Source of the DNA: Pseudomonadota bacterium
GTDB taxonomy: Bacteria > Pseudomonadota > Alphaproteobacteria > Rhodospirillales > 2-02-FULL-58-16
Assembly (NCBI GenBank): GCA_022572335.1
Contig: JACZWD010000003.1
Coordinates: 1 to 32,888, forward strand
Direction: 5' to 3'
Length of the DNA: 32,888 nucleotides
Notes under the pieces: generated by a model
Told to the model about the DNA's origin: nothing
What the model saw: the letters and a program-made list of their open reading frames with translations, nothing else
Database searches by the model: none
Program-made: the position numbers and the translations under genes
Part shown: positions 18,780 to 28,528 of the stretch, in pieces
Position numbering within the stretch: position 1 is the first letter of the stretch
Layout of the letters: each line of letters opens with the position of its first letter

Positions 18780-19982
18780 ATGGACAATCAGGCAATCAGC
18801 TATCGCGACCTTCTCCATCCGCTGACGCCCGAGGATTTCTTCGACCAGTACTACGGGACGAAGCCGGTGCACATCCCGGGCGATGCCGAAAAACTGGCGC
18901 GCATCTTCTCGTGGGACGAACTCAACCGGCTGTTAAACATGTCGAGGCTGTGGACCGGAAAGAGCCTGAAAATGGCGCTGGACGGCCGCAACCTGCAGCC
19001 CGAGGACTTCTGTTACCCGGGTGTTACCGCGGACGGCCACCGCGCCATGCGGCCCGACCCCCAGCGCGTCATCGAGCTCCTGCGCCGGGGGGCGACCGTG
19101 GTCCTGGATTCGCTGGAGACCCTGAGCCCGGGCATAGCCGGGGTGGCGGGCACGCTTGCCGTGGTCGCGGGCGGAGCGCCCACGTGCAACGCATACTGTT
19201 CGTGGAACGAGCACAAGGGGTTCGTCGCCCACTTCGACATCGACGACGTGTGGGCCCTGCATTTCGAGGGACGGAAGACGTGGCGCGTCTACGAAGGGCG
19301 CTTCGAGCACCCGATGGAGATTCCCGGCTTCCGGTGCGAGAGCCTGACCCCCGAGCAGCGCGAACAGGACAAGGGCAAGGTGCTGATGGAAGTGGACATG
19401 ACGCCGGGCGACCTGCTGTACATCCCCAAGGGCCAATACCACGACGCCCTTGCCTCGAGCGAAGCCACCCTTCACCTGTCCTTCAGCGTCACCCAGGTGA
19501 CCGGCCACGATTTCATGCGCCAACTGCTGCAGGACCTGCCGGAGGAGCCGCTGTTCCGGCGGGATCTGCCCCACTTCGACGACATCGAGGCGCTCGAGGC
19601 CCATCTCGGCAGGCTCGCGGACCGCTTGCGCGAGATCATCACCCTGCCCGAGACCGCCGCCCGGGTGAGCCAGTATCAGCGCCAGAACGCCCTGCAGAAC
19701 CACCCGGCCAACTTCGCCCTGCCGGCGCGCGAACAGGCGGAGCTCTACCGGGTGCGCGCCCTGGGCACGAAGCTGGTGCGCCGTGGCGGCGGCTGGCTGC
19801 TGACCACCGGCTCGGGACGGGAAACCCTTTCCGCCGACGAGGCGGAGGTCGCCCGGTGGGTCCTGGGCCGAGACTATTTCAATGCGGAGAGCCTGGCGCG
19901 GACCTTCGATAACCACGACGCGGCCGCGCTGGCGCCGGTGGTCGAAAAGCTGATCGGCGCCGGGCTGGTCCAACCGTTGTAA
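18780..19982 (+). CDS. JmjC/Cupin_4 family Fe(II)/2-oxoglutarate oxygenase (YcfD/RoxA-like)
   Basis: TPEDFFDQYYGTKP, AHFD (HxD), EGRKTWRVY and PGDLLYIPKGQYH (distal His). Confidence 0.88.
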   Translation: MDNQAISYRDLLHPLTPEDFFDQYYGTKPVHIPGDAEKLARIFSWDELNRLLNMSRLWTGKSLKMALDGRNLQPEDFCYPGVTADGHRAMRPDPQRVIELLRRGATVVLDSLETLSPGIAGVAGTLAVVAGGAPTCNAYCSWNEHKGFVAHFDIDDVWALHFEGRKTWRVYEGRFEHPMEIPGFRCESLTPEQREQDKGKVLMEVDMTPGDLLYIPKGQYHDALASSEATLHLSFSVTQVTGHDFMRQLLQDLPEEPLFRRDLPHFDDIEALEAHLGRLADRLREIITLPETAARVSQYQRQNALQNHPANFALPAREQAELYRVRALGTKLVRRGGGWLLTTGSGRETLSADEAEVARWVLGRDYFNAESLARTFDNHDAAALAPVVEKLIGAGLVQPL

Positions 19983-20036
19983 GGACCGGACGCCCGCTGT
20001 CGGGCGCATGCCGGCATTCATCCAGGAGGTGTTCCC

Positions 20037-20321
20037 ATGCGGCGTATTCTCCTCGCTTTGACGGTGACCACGGCCCTGGCCGTGTCCGCAACCGCATTCG
20101 GCTACCCGGTCCACGACGAGGACGTGGCCAAGGACCCCGGGGCGTTCCTCGAAGACATGACCGAGGAAGTTTTCCGGGTGCTGGAGCTGATACTGCGATC
20201 CATCCCCCAGTACGCGGCGCCGGAGGTCCTGGAGAACGGCGACATCATCATCCGCCGTCTCCATCCGAAGCCCGAAACACCGGCGCCCGGGAACGGCGCC
20301 CCGACGGGCAAGCCCATCTAG
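20037..20321 (+). CDS. Small exported hypothetical protein
   Basis: RBS AGGAGG, Sec-like signal peptide MRRILLALTVTTALAVSATA and motif YAAPEVLENGDIIIRR. Confidence 0.8.
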   Translation: MRRILLALTVTTALAVSATAFGYPVHDEDVAKDPGAFLEDMTEEVFRVLELILRSIPQYAAPEVLENGDIIIRRLHPKPETPAPGNGAPTGKPI

Positions 20322-20720
20322 CACCGCCCGCGCGTCCCCGGGCGATCCGCGGCGCGGCGCAACGAAGGGCCACCTGCCGGGACGCGCCGGCGCGTGCGCC
20401 CGCCTTTCGGCGGACCCCGGTGCGCCGGCGCAGGCGATCACGGGATTGCCAAAGGGTTCGGGGATTTATCCCGTGGAATCTGCGTGGCTATCCGCTAGTA
20501 TGGCGCGCCACGGAGGCCGACTGGTTGGGGAGGTGCATGTCCAGGATACCGAAACTTCAAAAATCGGCGTTGCACGAATTTCGGTTACCCCGCATCTTTC
20601 CACGGTGAGCGCCGTGTTTCCGTATTTAAGAATAAGGGGGTTTCAAACCAGAAACGGCGCTTCGGCTGCACACGCGAATTCGTAAACCAACACGATAATT
20701 GGAAACAGGGAGGTACCATC

Positions 20721-21809
20721 ATGAAACGACGTACATTCTTGAGGGCCGGCGTTGCCGGTGCGGTTGTCGGCGCCATCGCCGCGCCCAACATCGCCCGCGC
20801 GGAAAAGACCTTCAAGTGGAGGATGACCACATCGTTCCCGCCGGGCCTGCCGTTCTACCAGAGCGGTCCGGGCAGCGCCGAGTGGATCGTCAAGGCCATC
20901 GACGAAGCGTCTAACGGCCGGCTCAAGATCAAGCTGTTCGCGGCCGGCGAACTGGTCAAGTGGAACGGCGGATTCGACGCCGTCACCGGCGGCACCGTCG
21001 AGATGAACTCGGCCGTGGCCTATTACTGGTCGGGCAAGGTGCCGGCGCTCCAGTATTTCGGCACCGTCCCCTTCGGCATGACCTTCCAGGGCCAGAACGC
21101 CTGGTATTACCACGGCGGCGGGCTCGAGTTGTGGAACGAAATCTACAACGATTTCGGCGTCCTCGGCATGCCGTGCGGCAACTCCGGCGTCCAGATGACG
21201 GGCTGGTTCAAGAAGCCGGTGAACTCGCTCGCCGATTTCAAGGGCCTGAAGATGCGCATCCCCGGCCTCGGCGGCAAGATCTACAAGGCGATCGGCGTCA
21301 ACGTGAAGAGCCTGGGCGGCGGCGAGATCTTCCCGGCGCTGGAGCGCGGCGTCATCGACGCGGCCGAATGGGTCGGTCCCCTGCAGGACCGGCGCCTGGG
21401 TCTGCACAAGGCGGCCAAGAACTACTACAGCACCGGCTGGCACGAGCCATCGACGACGACGGAGCTCTTGATCTCCAAGAAGGCCTTCGATGCCCTTCCG
21501 AAGGACATCCAGAGCATCGTCCGCCACGTCGCGGCGGCGGCCAATATCATCGCCCACACGTCTGCCGAGGCGTTGAACGGTGGCGCGCTCGATGACCTCG
21601 TCAAGAATTACGGGGTCAAGGTCTCTGAACTCCCCACGGACGTCATCGAGGAGCTTCGAAAGAAGACCAAGGAGGTGCTCGAGGCCGGGGCCGCGGCCGA
21701 TCCCGTGACCCGCAAGGTCCACGACTCGTTCATGAGCTTCAAGAAACAGCACGACAAGTGGGCCAATTCGAGCGAACGTCAGTTCGCCATCCGGGTCCGC
21801 GGTGGCTGA
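20721..21809 (+). CDS. dctP: TRAP transporter substrate-binding protein (TakP-like, Tat-exported)
   Basis: Tat signal MKRRTFL, GLKMRIPGLGG, ALERGVIDAAEWVGP and GWHEP; RBS GGGAGG. Confidence 0.93.
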   Translation: MKRRTFLRAGVAGAVVGAIAAPNIARAEKTFKWRMTTSFPPGLPFYQSGPGSAEWIVKAIDEASNGRLKIKLFAAGELVKWNGGFDAVTGGTVEMNSAVAYYWSGKVPALQYFGTVPFGMTFQGQNAWYYHGGGLELWNEIYNDFGVLGMPCGNSGVQMTGWFKKPVNSLADFKGLKMRIPGLGGKIYKAIGVNVKSLGGGEIFPALERGVIDAAEWVGPLQDRRLGLHKAAKNYYSTGWHEPSTTTELLISKKAFDALPKDIQSIVRHVAAAANIIAHTSAEALNGGALDDLVKNYGVKVSELPTDVIEELRKKTKEVLEAGAAADPVTRKVHDSFMSFKKQHDKWANSSERQFAIRVRGG

Positions 21810-21817
21810 CACCGGCG

Positions 21818-21849
21818 CGGCCCCGCGTCCCTCCGGGGGCGCGGGGCCG
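21818..21849 (+). other. GC-rich stem-loop after dctP (mRNA stabiliser or partial terminator)
   Basis: CGGCCCCGCGTCCC-tccg-GGGGCGCGGGGCCG, a 14-bp stem with one G-U pair and no U-tract. Confidence 0.65.
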
Positions 21850-21930
21850 GCACCCTACCGTTCCCAATGAAAATCAGCGCATCGGGGGCCTCGATGCCGT
21901 GACGGTCGAGGGCGGGCGCCGCGGGGCGGA

Positions 21931-22839
21931 ATGAACATTCACCAGGTCTATTTCCTGTATCTCTATCCGCAAGGGCGGATCGGCCGGTTGACATTCGTGT
22001 TCGGCCTGGTGCCGTTGATCGTGGCCGGGATCGCGGTTCATCTGTTCGTTCCCATGGCCGGGCCGGCATGGTTCTTTCTCGATTCCTTCCTGTTCATGTT
22101 CGCCATGGTGCTGGCGGTGAAACGGTGCCTGGACCGCGGCCGTCCCGACTGGTTCCTGTTCCTGGGGCTCGCTCCCGTCGCCTGGCTGCTCATCGCCCTG
22201 GAGGTGAAGATCGAGTTCGACCATCGGGACGCATGGGTGGCGCTGGCCATGTATATGGGCTGGCTCACCCTGTGGCTTGCGGTCGAGCTGTTCGTACTGC
22301 CCGGGCGGCCGTCCGCGGCGCCGGACCCCGAGGACGTGAGCCTGGCGGGCGGCATCGACGCCTTCGTCGACGTCGTCGGCCGGGTGGCCGCCTGGGTCTG
22401 CATCGCCCAGGTGGCGCTGGTCGGTACCAACGTGATCCTGCGTTACCTGCTCCGCATCGGTCCCATGGAGCTGCAGGAACTGGAGTGGCACATGATATCG
22501 CCGATCGCGCTCATCGGCATGTGCTACGCGCTGCGCCACAACGATCATGTGAAGGTGGACATCTTCTACGACAAGTTCCGCGTCCACACCCGCGCCCTTG
22601 TCGATCTTGCCGCCGCCGTTTCCATCCTCTTCATCTCGCTCATCATCATCGACCTCGCCACCGGCTTCGTCGGCCAGGCCTACCGCATCGACGAGGGTTC
22701 GCCCGATCCGGGCGGGCTGCCGCACCGCTGGCTCTTGCGCTCGTTCATCCCGATCGGCTTCGCCATCCTGGCCATGCAGGCGCTGGCCGATATGCTGAGC
22801 GCCATCGAAGGCTTACGCCAACCGCGGCACGCGGGCTGA
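21931..22839 (+). CDS. dctQ: TRAP small permease DctQ with an N-terminal DUF805-like membrane domain
   Basis: C-terminal DctQ motifs NVILRY, LQELEWH, HVKVDIFY and EGSPDPGGLP; N-terminal ~130 aa contain QGRIGRLTF and AVKRCLDRGRPDW. Confidence 0.85.
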   Translation: MNIHQVYFLYLYPQGRIGRLTFVFGLVPLIVAGIAVHLFVPMAGPAWFFLDSFLFMFAMVLAVKRCLDRGRPDWFLFLGLAPVAWLLIALEVKIEFDHRDAWVALAMYMGWLTLWLAVELFVLPGRPSAAPDPEDVSLAGGIDAFVDVVGRVAAWVCIAQVALVGTNVILRYLLRIGPMELQELEWHMISPIALIGMCYALRHNDHVKVDIFYDKFRVHTRALVDLAAAVSILFISLIIIDLATGFVGQAYRIDEGSPDPGGLPHRWLLRSFIPIGFAILAMQALADMLSAIEGLRQPRHAG

Positions 22840-22854
22840 CGGAGAACCGCGGCC

Positions 22855-24228
22855 GTGCAGGAAATCATCGGCGGCTTGATCCTGGCGGTGGGCGACCTTG
22901 TGGGGCTCGGGGAAATGATCTTCCCCGTTTTCATGGGGCTGACCCTTTTCGGGTTGCTGTTTATCGGAATCCCGGTGGCCATCGCGCTGGCCATGTCCGG
23001 GTTCCTGTTCGCCTATCTCGGCGGCGAGTTCGCACTGTTCAACCTGCTGCCGATCCGCATCTTCGGGGTCGTGGATAACCAGATCCTGATGGCGGTCCCG
23101 CTGTTCGTGTTCATGGGCGTGATGCTGGAACGCTCGCGCCTGGCCGAGGACCTGCTCGACGTGATCGGCCACGCCGCGGGCGGCCTGCGCGGCGGCATGG
23201 GGCTTTCGATCATCCTGGTCGGCGTGCTCATGGGCGCGTCCACGGGCATCGTCGGCGCCACGGTGGTCACCTTGGGGCTGCTCACCCTGCCCGTGTTCCT
23301 GCGCCGGGGGTATTCGAAGTCGCTGGCCTGCGGCACCATCTGCGCGTCGGGGACCCTGGGCCAGATCATCCCGCCCAGCCTGGTGCTGATCCTGCTCTCG
23401 GACATCCTGGGCACCGGTCTCGGCACCCTGTTCGCCGCCGCCATGATCCCCGGCCTGATGCTGGCCGGCCTCTACGCCACCTACATGTTGCTCGTCGGCT
23501 GGCTGAGGCCCGATATGGCGCCGGCGATCCCGGCGGAAGAGCGGGCCCAGATGTCCGGCCGGGAGCTGATCAAGAAACTGTTTGTCGTGGTCCTGCCGCC
23601 GATCTTCCTCATTTTCGCGGTGCTGGGCTCCATCATCGGCGGCATCGCGGCGCCGACCGAGGCCGCGTCCATGGGCGGCCTGGGCAGCATCCTCATCGCC
23701 TTTCTCGGCAAACGGCTCACCAAGAAGGTGATCATCGAAACGGTCCAGGGAACCCTTCGCATCAGCGCCATGGTGTTTTTCATCCTGATCAGCGCCCAGG
23801 CGTTCTCGCTGGCGTTTCGCGGCCTCAACGGCGACGAGCTGATCGAGATGATGTTCCAGTTCGTGCCCGGCGGGGTGAATGCGCAGATTATCTTCGTTCT
23901 TTTCATGCTGTTCCTGCTCGGCTTCTTCCTCGAGTGGATCGAGATCTGCTACATCGTGCTGCCGCTGTTCTGGCCGATCCTGGACAGGGCGGGGGTGGAT
24001 CCGGTGTGGTTCGCCATCCTGGCCGGGGTCAACCTGCAGACCTCGTTCCTGACGCCGCCCGTGGGCTGGGCGCTGTTCTTCCTCAAGGGCGTGGCGCCGC
24101 CCGAGGTGTCGAGCAGGGACATCTACGTCGGCGTCATGCCGTTCGTCGGCATGCAACTGATTGGCCTGGTTTTGCTGTTCCTGTATCCGTCGCTCGCCAC
24201 CTGGCTGCCCGACGCCATCGGCTGGTAG
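22855..24228 (+). CDS. dctM: TRAP large permease DctM
   Basis: AVPLFVFMG, SGTLGQIIPPS, PTEAAS and NLQTSFLTPP. Confidence 0.94.
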   Translation: MQEIIGGLILAVGDLVGLGEMIFPVFMGLTLFGLLFIGIPVAIALAMSGFLFAYLGGEFALFNLLPIRIFGVVDNQILMAVPLFVFMGVMLERSRLAEDLLDVIGHAAGGLRGGMGLSIILVGVLMGASTGIVGATVVTLGLLTLPVFLRRGYSKSLACGTICASGTLGQIIPPSLVLILLSDILGTGLGTLFAAAMIPGLMLAGLYATYMLLVGWLRPDMAPAIPAEERAQMSGRELIKKLFVVVLPPIFLIFAVLGSIIGGIAAPTEAASMGGLGSILIAFLGKRLTKKVIIETVQGTLRISAMVFFILISAQAFSLAFRGLNGDELIEMMFQFVPGGVNAQIIFVLFMLFLLGFFLEWIEICYIVLPLFWPILDRAGVDPVWFAILAGVNLQTSFLTPPVGWALFFLKGVAPPEVSSRDIYVGVMPFVGMQLIGLVLLFLYPSLATWLPDAIGW

Positions 24229-24243
24229 CCGGCGGGCGGTGCG

Positions 24244-25833
24244 TCAGAACGCCGCCACCGCCCCGTCGCCGCGGGGGTCGGCGGCGCCTTCGATGAGGCC
24301 CGAGGGATGGCCGGCCAGGGCGCCGGCGTGTCCCATGACCGGATCGAAGGCACCCACCACCTCGACGTCGTGGCCGGCCGCCTTCAGGGCGTCGACGACG
24401 TCCGGCGCGAACCGGCTCTCCACCCTGAGATTGGTCGCCTCCGCGCCCCAGGTGCGGCCCAGGAGCCACCGGGGCGCGGTGACCGCCGCCTGAAGGTCCT
24501 GACCGAACAGCACGTGGCGGGTGAACAGGGCGGCCTGGGTCTGGGGCTGGCCGTCGCCGCCCATGGTGCCGTAGACCATGACCCGGCCGTCGCCGAGCAC
24601 GGCCATCGCCGGCTGGATGGTGTGGAACGGCCGGCGCCCCGGCTCCAGGCAGTTATGGGCGCCCTCGATGAGATTGAAGCTGGTGCCACGGTTCTGCCAG
24701 GTGATCCCGGTGTCGGGCAGCACCACGCCCGAGCCGAACTCCCAGTAGATGCTCTGGATGAAACTGACGGCCCGGCCCTCGCCGTCGATGGCCCCCAGCC
24801 ACACGGTGTCGCCGCCGGGCGCGGCGTCGGGCCAGGGCGCCGCCCGCGCCCGGTCCACCGACGCCGCCATGCGGTCGAGCGCCGCCCCGCTCAGAAAACC
24901 CGCCGGGTCCACGTCCATGTAGGCGGGGTCCGTCACGTGGGCGTCGCGGACGCGAAAGGCGCACTTGGCGGCCTCGACGAGGCCGTGGACGAAGGCGAAT
25001 CCTTCCGCCTCGCCGACGCCGAGGCGCTCGAAAACCCCGAGCAGGATCAACGACGCCAGCCCCTGGGTCGGGGGCGGCAGGTTGTAGGCCGTCCCCCGGG
25101 CCAGGGTCAGTTCCAAGGGCCGCACCGTGAGCGCCCGGTAGCGTGCCAGGTCGGCCGCCGAGACGGGGCTGCCGGCCTTCTCCAGCCCGGCGGCGATGTC
25201 CCGCGCCAGGGCGCCCCGGTAGAAATCGTCGAGCCCGTCGCGGCCGAGGCGCGCGAGAGTCCCGGCGAGCGCCGGGTTGCGGAAAAGCGCGCCCGGTTGC
25301 GGCGCCTCGCCGCCGGTCAGATAGGTTGCGGCGAACCCGGGCACGCCCAGCAATTCGTCGCGCTTGTCGCGGGTGTTTTGGTGCTGGCTGGTGGTCACCG
25401 GAACGCCTTCGCGGGCATAGTATTCGGCGTCCTCGAGGAGGCGCGACAGCGCCAGCGCGCCGCCCCAACGGGCGCTCACGCCGAGCGCCGCCTGCCAGCC
25501 CGAGACCGCCCCCGCCACCGTCAACGCGGCCAGCGGGCCGCGCGCAGGGATGGTCCCGGCGCCCAGGTCCTTGTAGAAGGCGATGTCCGCCTTGGCCGCC
25601 GCCGGGCCGCAGGCGTCGATGCCGAGGGGCGCTCCGCGGCCGTCCCCGATGAGCCAGAAGTTGTCGCCGCCAAGGCCGTTCATGTGCGGATAGACAACGG
25701 CGATGGCCGCCGCCGCCGCGACCGTCGCCTCGATGGCGTTGCCGCCTTCTCCGAGCACGCGCAGCCCCGCCTGGGCCGCCAGGTGGTGCGGCGCGACGAC
25801 CGCGCCGCGGGTCGCTCTCGGCGTGTGCAGCAT
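24244..25833 (-). CDS. Gamma-glutamyltransferase family Ntn hydrolase (HpxW/oxamate amidohydrolase-like)
   Basis: VAPHHLA, VVYPHMNGLGGD, autocleavage site GGD-TVW, SFIQSIYWEFGSG, PFHTIQP, GTMGGDGQPQ and ADPR. Confidence 0.9.
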   Translation of the reverse strand: MLHTPRATRGAVVAPHHLAAQAGLRVLGEGGNAIEATVAAAAAIAVVYPHMNGLGGDNFWLIGDGRGAPLGIDACGPAAAKADIAFYKDLGAGTIPARGPLAALTVAGAVSGWQAALGVSARWGGALALSRLLEDAEYYAREGVPVTTSQHQNTRDKRDELLGVPGFAATYLTGGEAPQPGALFRNPALAGTLARLGRDGLDDFYRGALARDIAAGLEKAGSPVSAADLARYRALTVRPLELTLARGTAYNLPPPTQGLASLILLGVFERLGVGEAEGFAFVHGLVEAAKCAFRVRDAHVTDPAYMDVDPAGFLSGAALDRMAASVDRARAAPWPDAAPGGDTVWLGAIDGEGRAVSFIQSIYWEFGSGVVLPDTGITWQNRGTSFNLIEGAHNCLEPGRRPFHTIQPAMAVLGDGRVMVYGTMGGDGQPQTQAALFTRHVLFGQDLQAAVTAPRWLLGRTWGAEATNLRVESRFAPDVVDALKAAGHDVEVVGAFDPVMGHAGALAGHPSGLIEGAADPRGDGAVAAF

Positions 25834-26056
25834 GTCTAGTGGCCAGTCCCGGTTGTGCGGACGGCGCGCCGCCCGGTTGCGGCACGATGGGTAGCGCGTT
25901 CGCGCCCGCACCGCAAGGAGGCGTTGAGCCCGCACGGTCCGCGCCCCGGTCCGCTCTCCCCGGCCCGGCCGCCGGCCCCGGCATTTGCCCCTTGCGTCCC
26001 GCCCGAGATGCCGTAAGTTTCGGCACATCGCATTTCTCGTTCCTGTGGAGAACGCC

Positions 26057-28165
26057 ATGGACGATCCGGCCGGGCCGGAGTCGAAACCGCGCAGGCCGGT
26101 CGACAAGGTCGCCGTGGGCCTGGGGACCGCGCTGGTGGTGTTGGTCGCCGCGGCCCTGTATTTCACCCCCAATTTCGTCGACGGCGAGCGCCAGCGGGAA
26201 ATGCGGGCGTGGCAGATCCGCTTGGCCATCGTCGCCGACAGCCGCGCCGCCGCCGTCAACGAATGGGCGGACCGGAATTTCGCCGCCCTGCGCGAGTTGA
26301 CGGAGAACGCCTCGCTCCAGCTTTACATGACCGAGCTCACCATGGGCGAGGGGGACAAGTCCCGGGTCACCGACGAGGCGGCGGAGGCCGGGTACCTGCG
26401 CAACCTGCTTACGGCCACGGCCAACCGCGCCGGCTTCACGCCCCCGCAGGCGGGCTGGGAGGTGCGGGCGAACGTGGAAAGGGTGGGCGTCGCCGGCATC
26501 GGCCTGTTCGACGCCAACGGCCTGTCCATCGTCGCCACCCCGGGAATGCCGCCGCTGGCGGGCCGCATCCGCAATGCCATCGTCAAGGCGCTCGGTGGCG
26601 AACCGGCGTTGATCGATATCTACACCGGCGCCAGCAACCTGCCGACCATGGGTTTCGTGTTGCCGGTATTCGCCGTTCACGGAGAGACCGTGGGCGCCAG
26701 GGGCATCGGCGTCGTGGTCGGCATACGCGTCATCGGCCAGGACCTCTTCGAGCGCCTGGCGCAACCGGGAGAGACCGCCAAGACGGCCGAGACATACCTG
26801 GTCCGCTCCGCCGGCGCGGTGGTGGACTATCTTTCCCCCCTCGCCGACGGGACATCGCCGTTGAAGCGGTCCCTGGCCCTCGACTCGGCCGATCTGGCGG
26901 CGGCTTACGCGCTGGAGAAGCCCGGCGGCTTCGCCGTCAGGAAGGACTATGCCGGGGACGAGGTGCTCGTCGTCTCCAGGTCCCTGGCCAGCCTGCCCTG
27001 GATGCTGGTGCGCAAGGTCTCCTGGGCCGAGGCCCTGGGCGAGACGGAATCGCGGCTGAGGACGATGCTTGGCGTTTTCGTGCTGGTCATCGTCGCCGTG
27101 ACCGTGACCATCATCGCCGTGTGGCGCCACGGCACCGTTCTGCGCGAGAAGGAATCCACGGAGAGATTCCGCACCACGGCCGAGCGCCTCGAAACCCTGA
27201 GCACGTTCCTGCGCGTCGTCACCGACAGCCAGCCCACCGTCATCGCCGCCGTCGACGGCGACGCCCGGTACACCTTCGCCAACAAGCCCGCAGCGAAAGA
27301 GGCCGGCATCGCCGTGGACGACATGCTGGGCAAGCCGCTGGCCGATGTCATCGGGCCGGTGAAGGCCAAGGCGCTTACCGAGATCAACCGCCGCGTGTTC
27401 GCCGCGGCCGAACGCGAATCGCACACCCACAGGTTCGGGATCGACGACGAGGAACGGGTGATCAAGTCGGAACACATTCCGTTGCCCGGCACCCCGGATC
27501 GTCCGCCCGGCGTTTTGATGGTGCTGGACGACATCACCGAACTGACGCACGCGCGCCAGCGCAGCGAACAGAGGCTGCGCCAGCTCATCGGCACGCTGAC
27601 CAGCGTGGTCGACCGCCGGGACCCCTTCTCGGCCCACCATTCCGCGCGGGTGGCGGAGGTCGCGCGCTGCATCGCCGAGGAAATGGGCGTGCCGGACGGG
27701 GAGGTGCAGACGGTCGAAATCTCCGGCACCCTGATGAACATCGGCAAAATCTTCATCCCGCCCGAGTTGCTGACCAAGACCGGGGAGCTCACGGCCGAAG
27801 AACGCACCCTGGTCGCCAACAGTTACATGGTCAGTGTCGATCTCCTGGACGGCGTGGATTTCGAGGGCCCGGTGGCGGAAACCATCCGCCAGATGCGCGA
27901 GGCCTGGGACGGGACCGGACCGCTGGGCAAAAAGGAAGAGGAAACCTTGCGCACGGCCCGCATCCTCGCCGTCGCCAACGCCTTTGTCGGCATGTCGAGC
28001 CCGCGCGCCTACCGCGAGGCTTTGACCTTCGAGGAGGCGTCCACCATCCTGCTCGAACAGTCGGGCGCCACATACGACCGCAAGCCGGTATCCGCGCTCA
28101 TCAATTACCTGGAGAACCGGGGCGGTACGGAAAGGTGGGCGGCCTTCCGCGACGCCCCGGCGTAG
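26057..28165 (+). CDS. Membrane sensor protein: TM, Cache-like periplasmic domain, TM, PAS, degenerate HD-GYP
   Basis: Two hydrophobic segments, a PAS-like segment (AVDGDARYTFANKP...DDITE) and an HD-GYP scaffold (RDPFSAHHSARVA, NIGK, WDGTG, ARILAVAN, PRAYR). Confidence 0.88.
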   Translation: MDDPAGPESKPRRPVDKVAVGLGTALVVLVAAALYFTPNFVDGERQREMRAWQIRLAIVADSRAAAVNEWADRNFAALRELTENASLQLYMTELTMGEGDKSRVTDEAAEAGYLRNLLTATANRAGFTPPQAGWEVRANVERVGVAGIGLFDANGLSIVATPGMPPLAGRIRNAIVKALGGEPALIDIYTGASNLPTMGFVLPVFAVHGETVGARGIGVVVGIRVIGQDLFERLAQPGETAKTAETYLVRSAGAVVDYLSPLADGTSPLKRSLALDSADLAAAYALEKPGGFAVRKDYAGDEVLVVSRSLASLPWMLVRKVSWAEALGETESRLRTMLGVFVLVIVAVTVTIIAVWRHGTVLREKESTERFRTTAERLETLSTFLRVVTDSQPTVIAAVDGDARYTFANKPAAKEAGIAVDDMLGKPLADVIGPVKAKALTEINRRVFAAAERESHTHRFGIDDEERVIKSEHIPLPGTPDRPPGVLMVLDDITELTHARQRSEQRLRQLIGTLTSVVDRRDPFSAHHSARVAEVARCIAEEMGVPDGEVQTVEISGTLMNIGKIFIPPELLTKTGELTAEERTLVANSYMVSVDLLDGVDFEGPVAETIRQMREAWDGTGPLGKKEEETLRTARILAVANAFVGMSSPRAYREALTFEEASTILLEQSGATYDRKPVSALINYLENRGGTERWAAFRDAPA

Positions 28166-28528
28166 ACTCTCCTTAGTTCTAGGTGTCGCTTCCGCCGCCG
28201 CGGCTGTCCTGGGAGTCGGCGTCCCCGCCGGCGACCGGGAGACTGATGGTTATTTCCGCGCCGCCGTCCCCTTTGATCGCCTGCACGAACGCATCGAAGT
28301 ACTCCGGTGCCGGAACGGCGCGGACGATTCCAGACTTGCCGGCGGCGGGCGCAAGCCCGGTATGGGTGATGCCCGCGTCGCGGCCGAAGGGGACGGGCCC
28401 GCCGGAGGGCGTCGAAAAGTTTTGACGGCCCGTCCTCCACAGCAGCGGCGCTGCCGCTGCGGAGGGTGGATGCGCCGCATCGCCTGCACCTTTCCTCCTG
28501 CCCGACGAGCCGCCTACGCGATCTCTAT

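Noticed and set aside
20330-20720. Long intergenic region upstream of dctP: small ORFs, sRNA or sigma54 promoter
   Set aside because: There is no clean -24/-12 match, and the short ORFs lack coding character. It is probably an ordinary regulated promoter.
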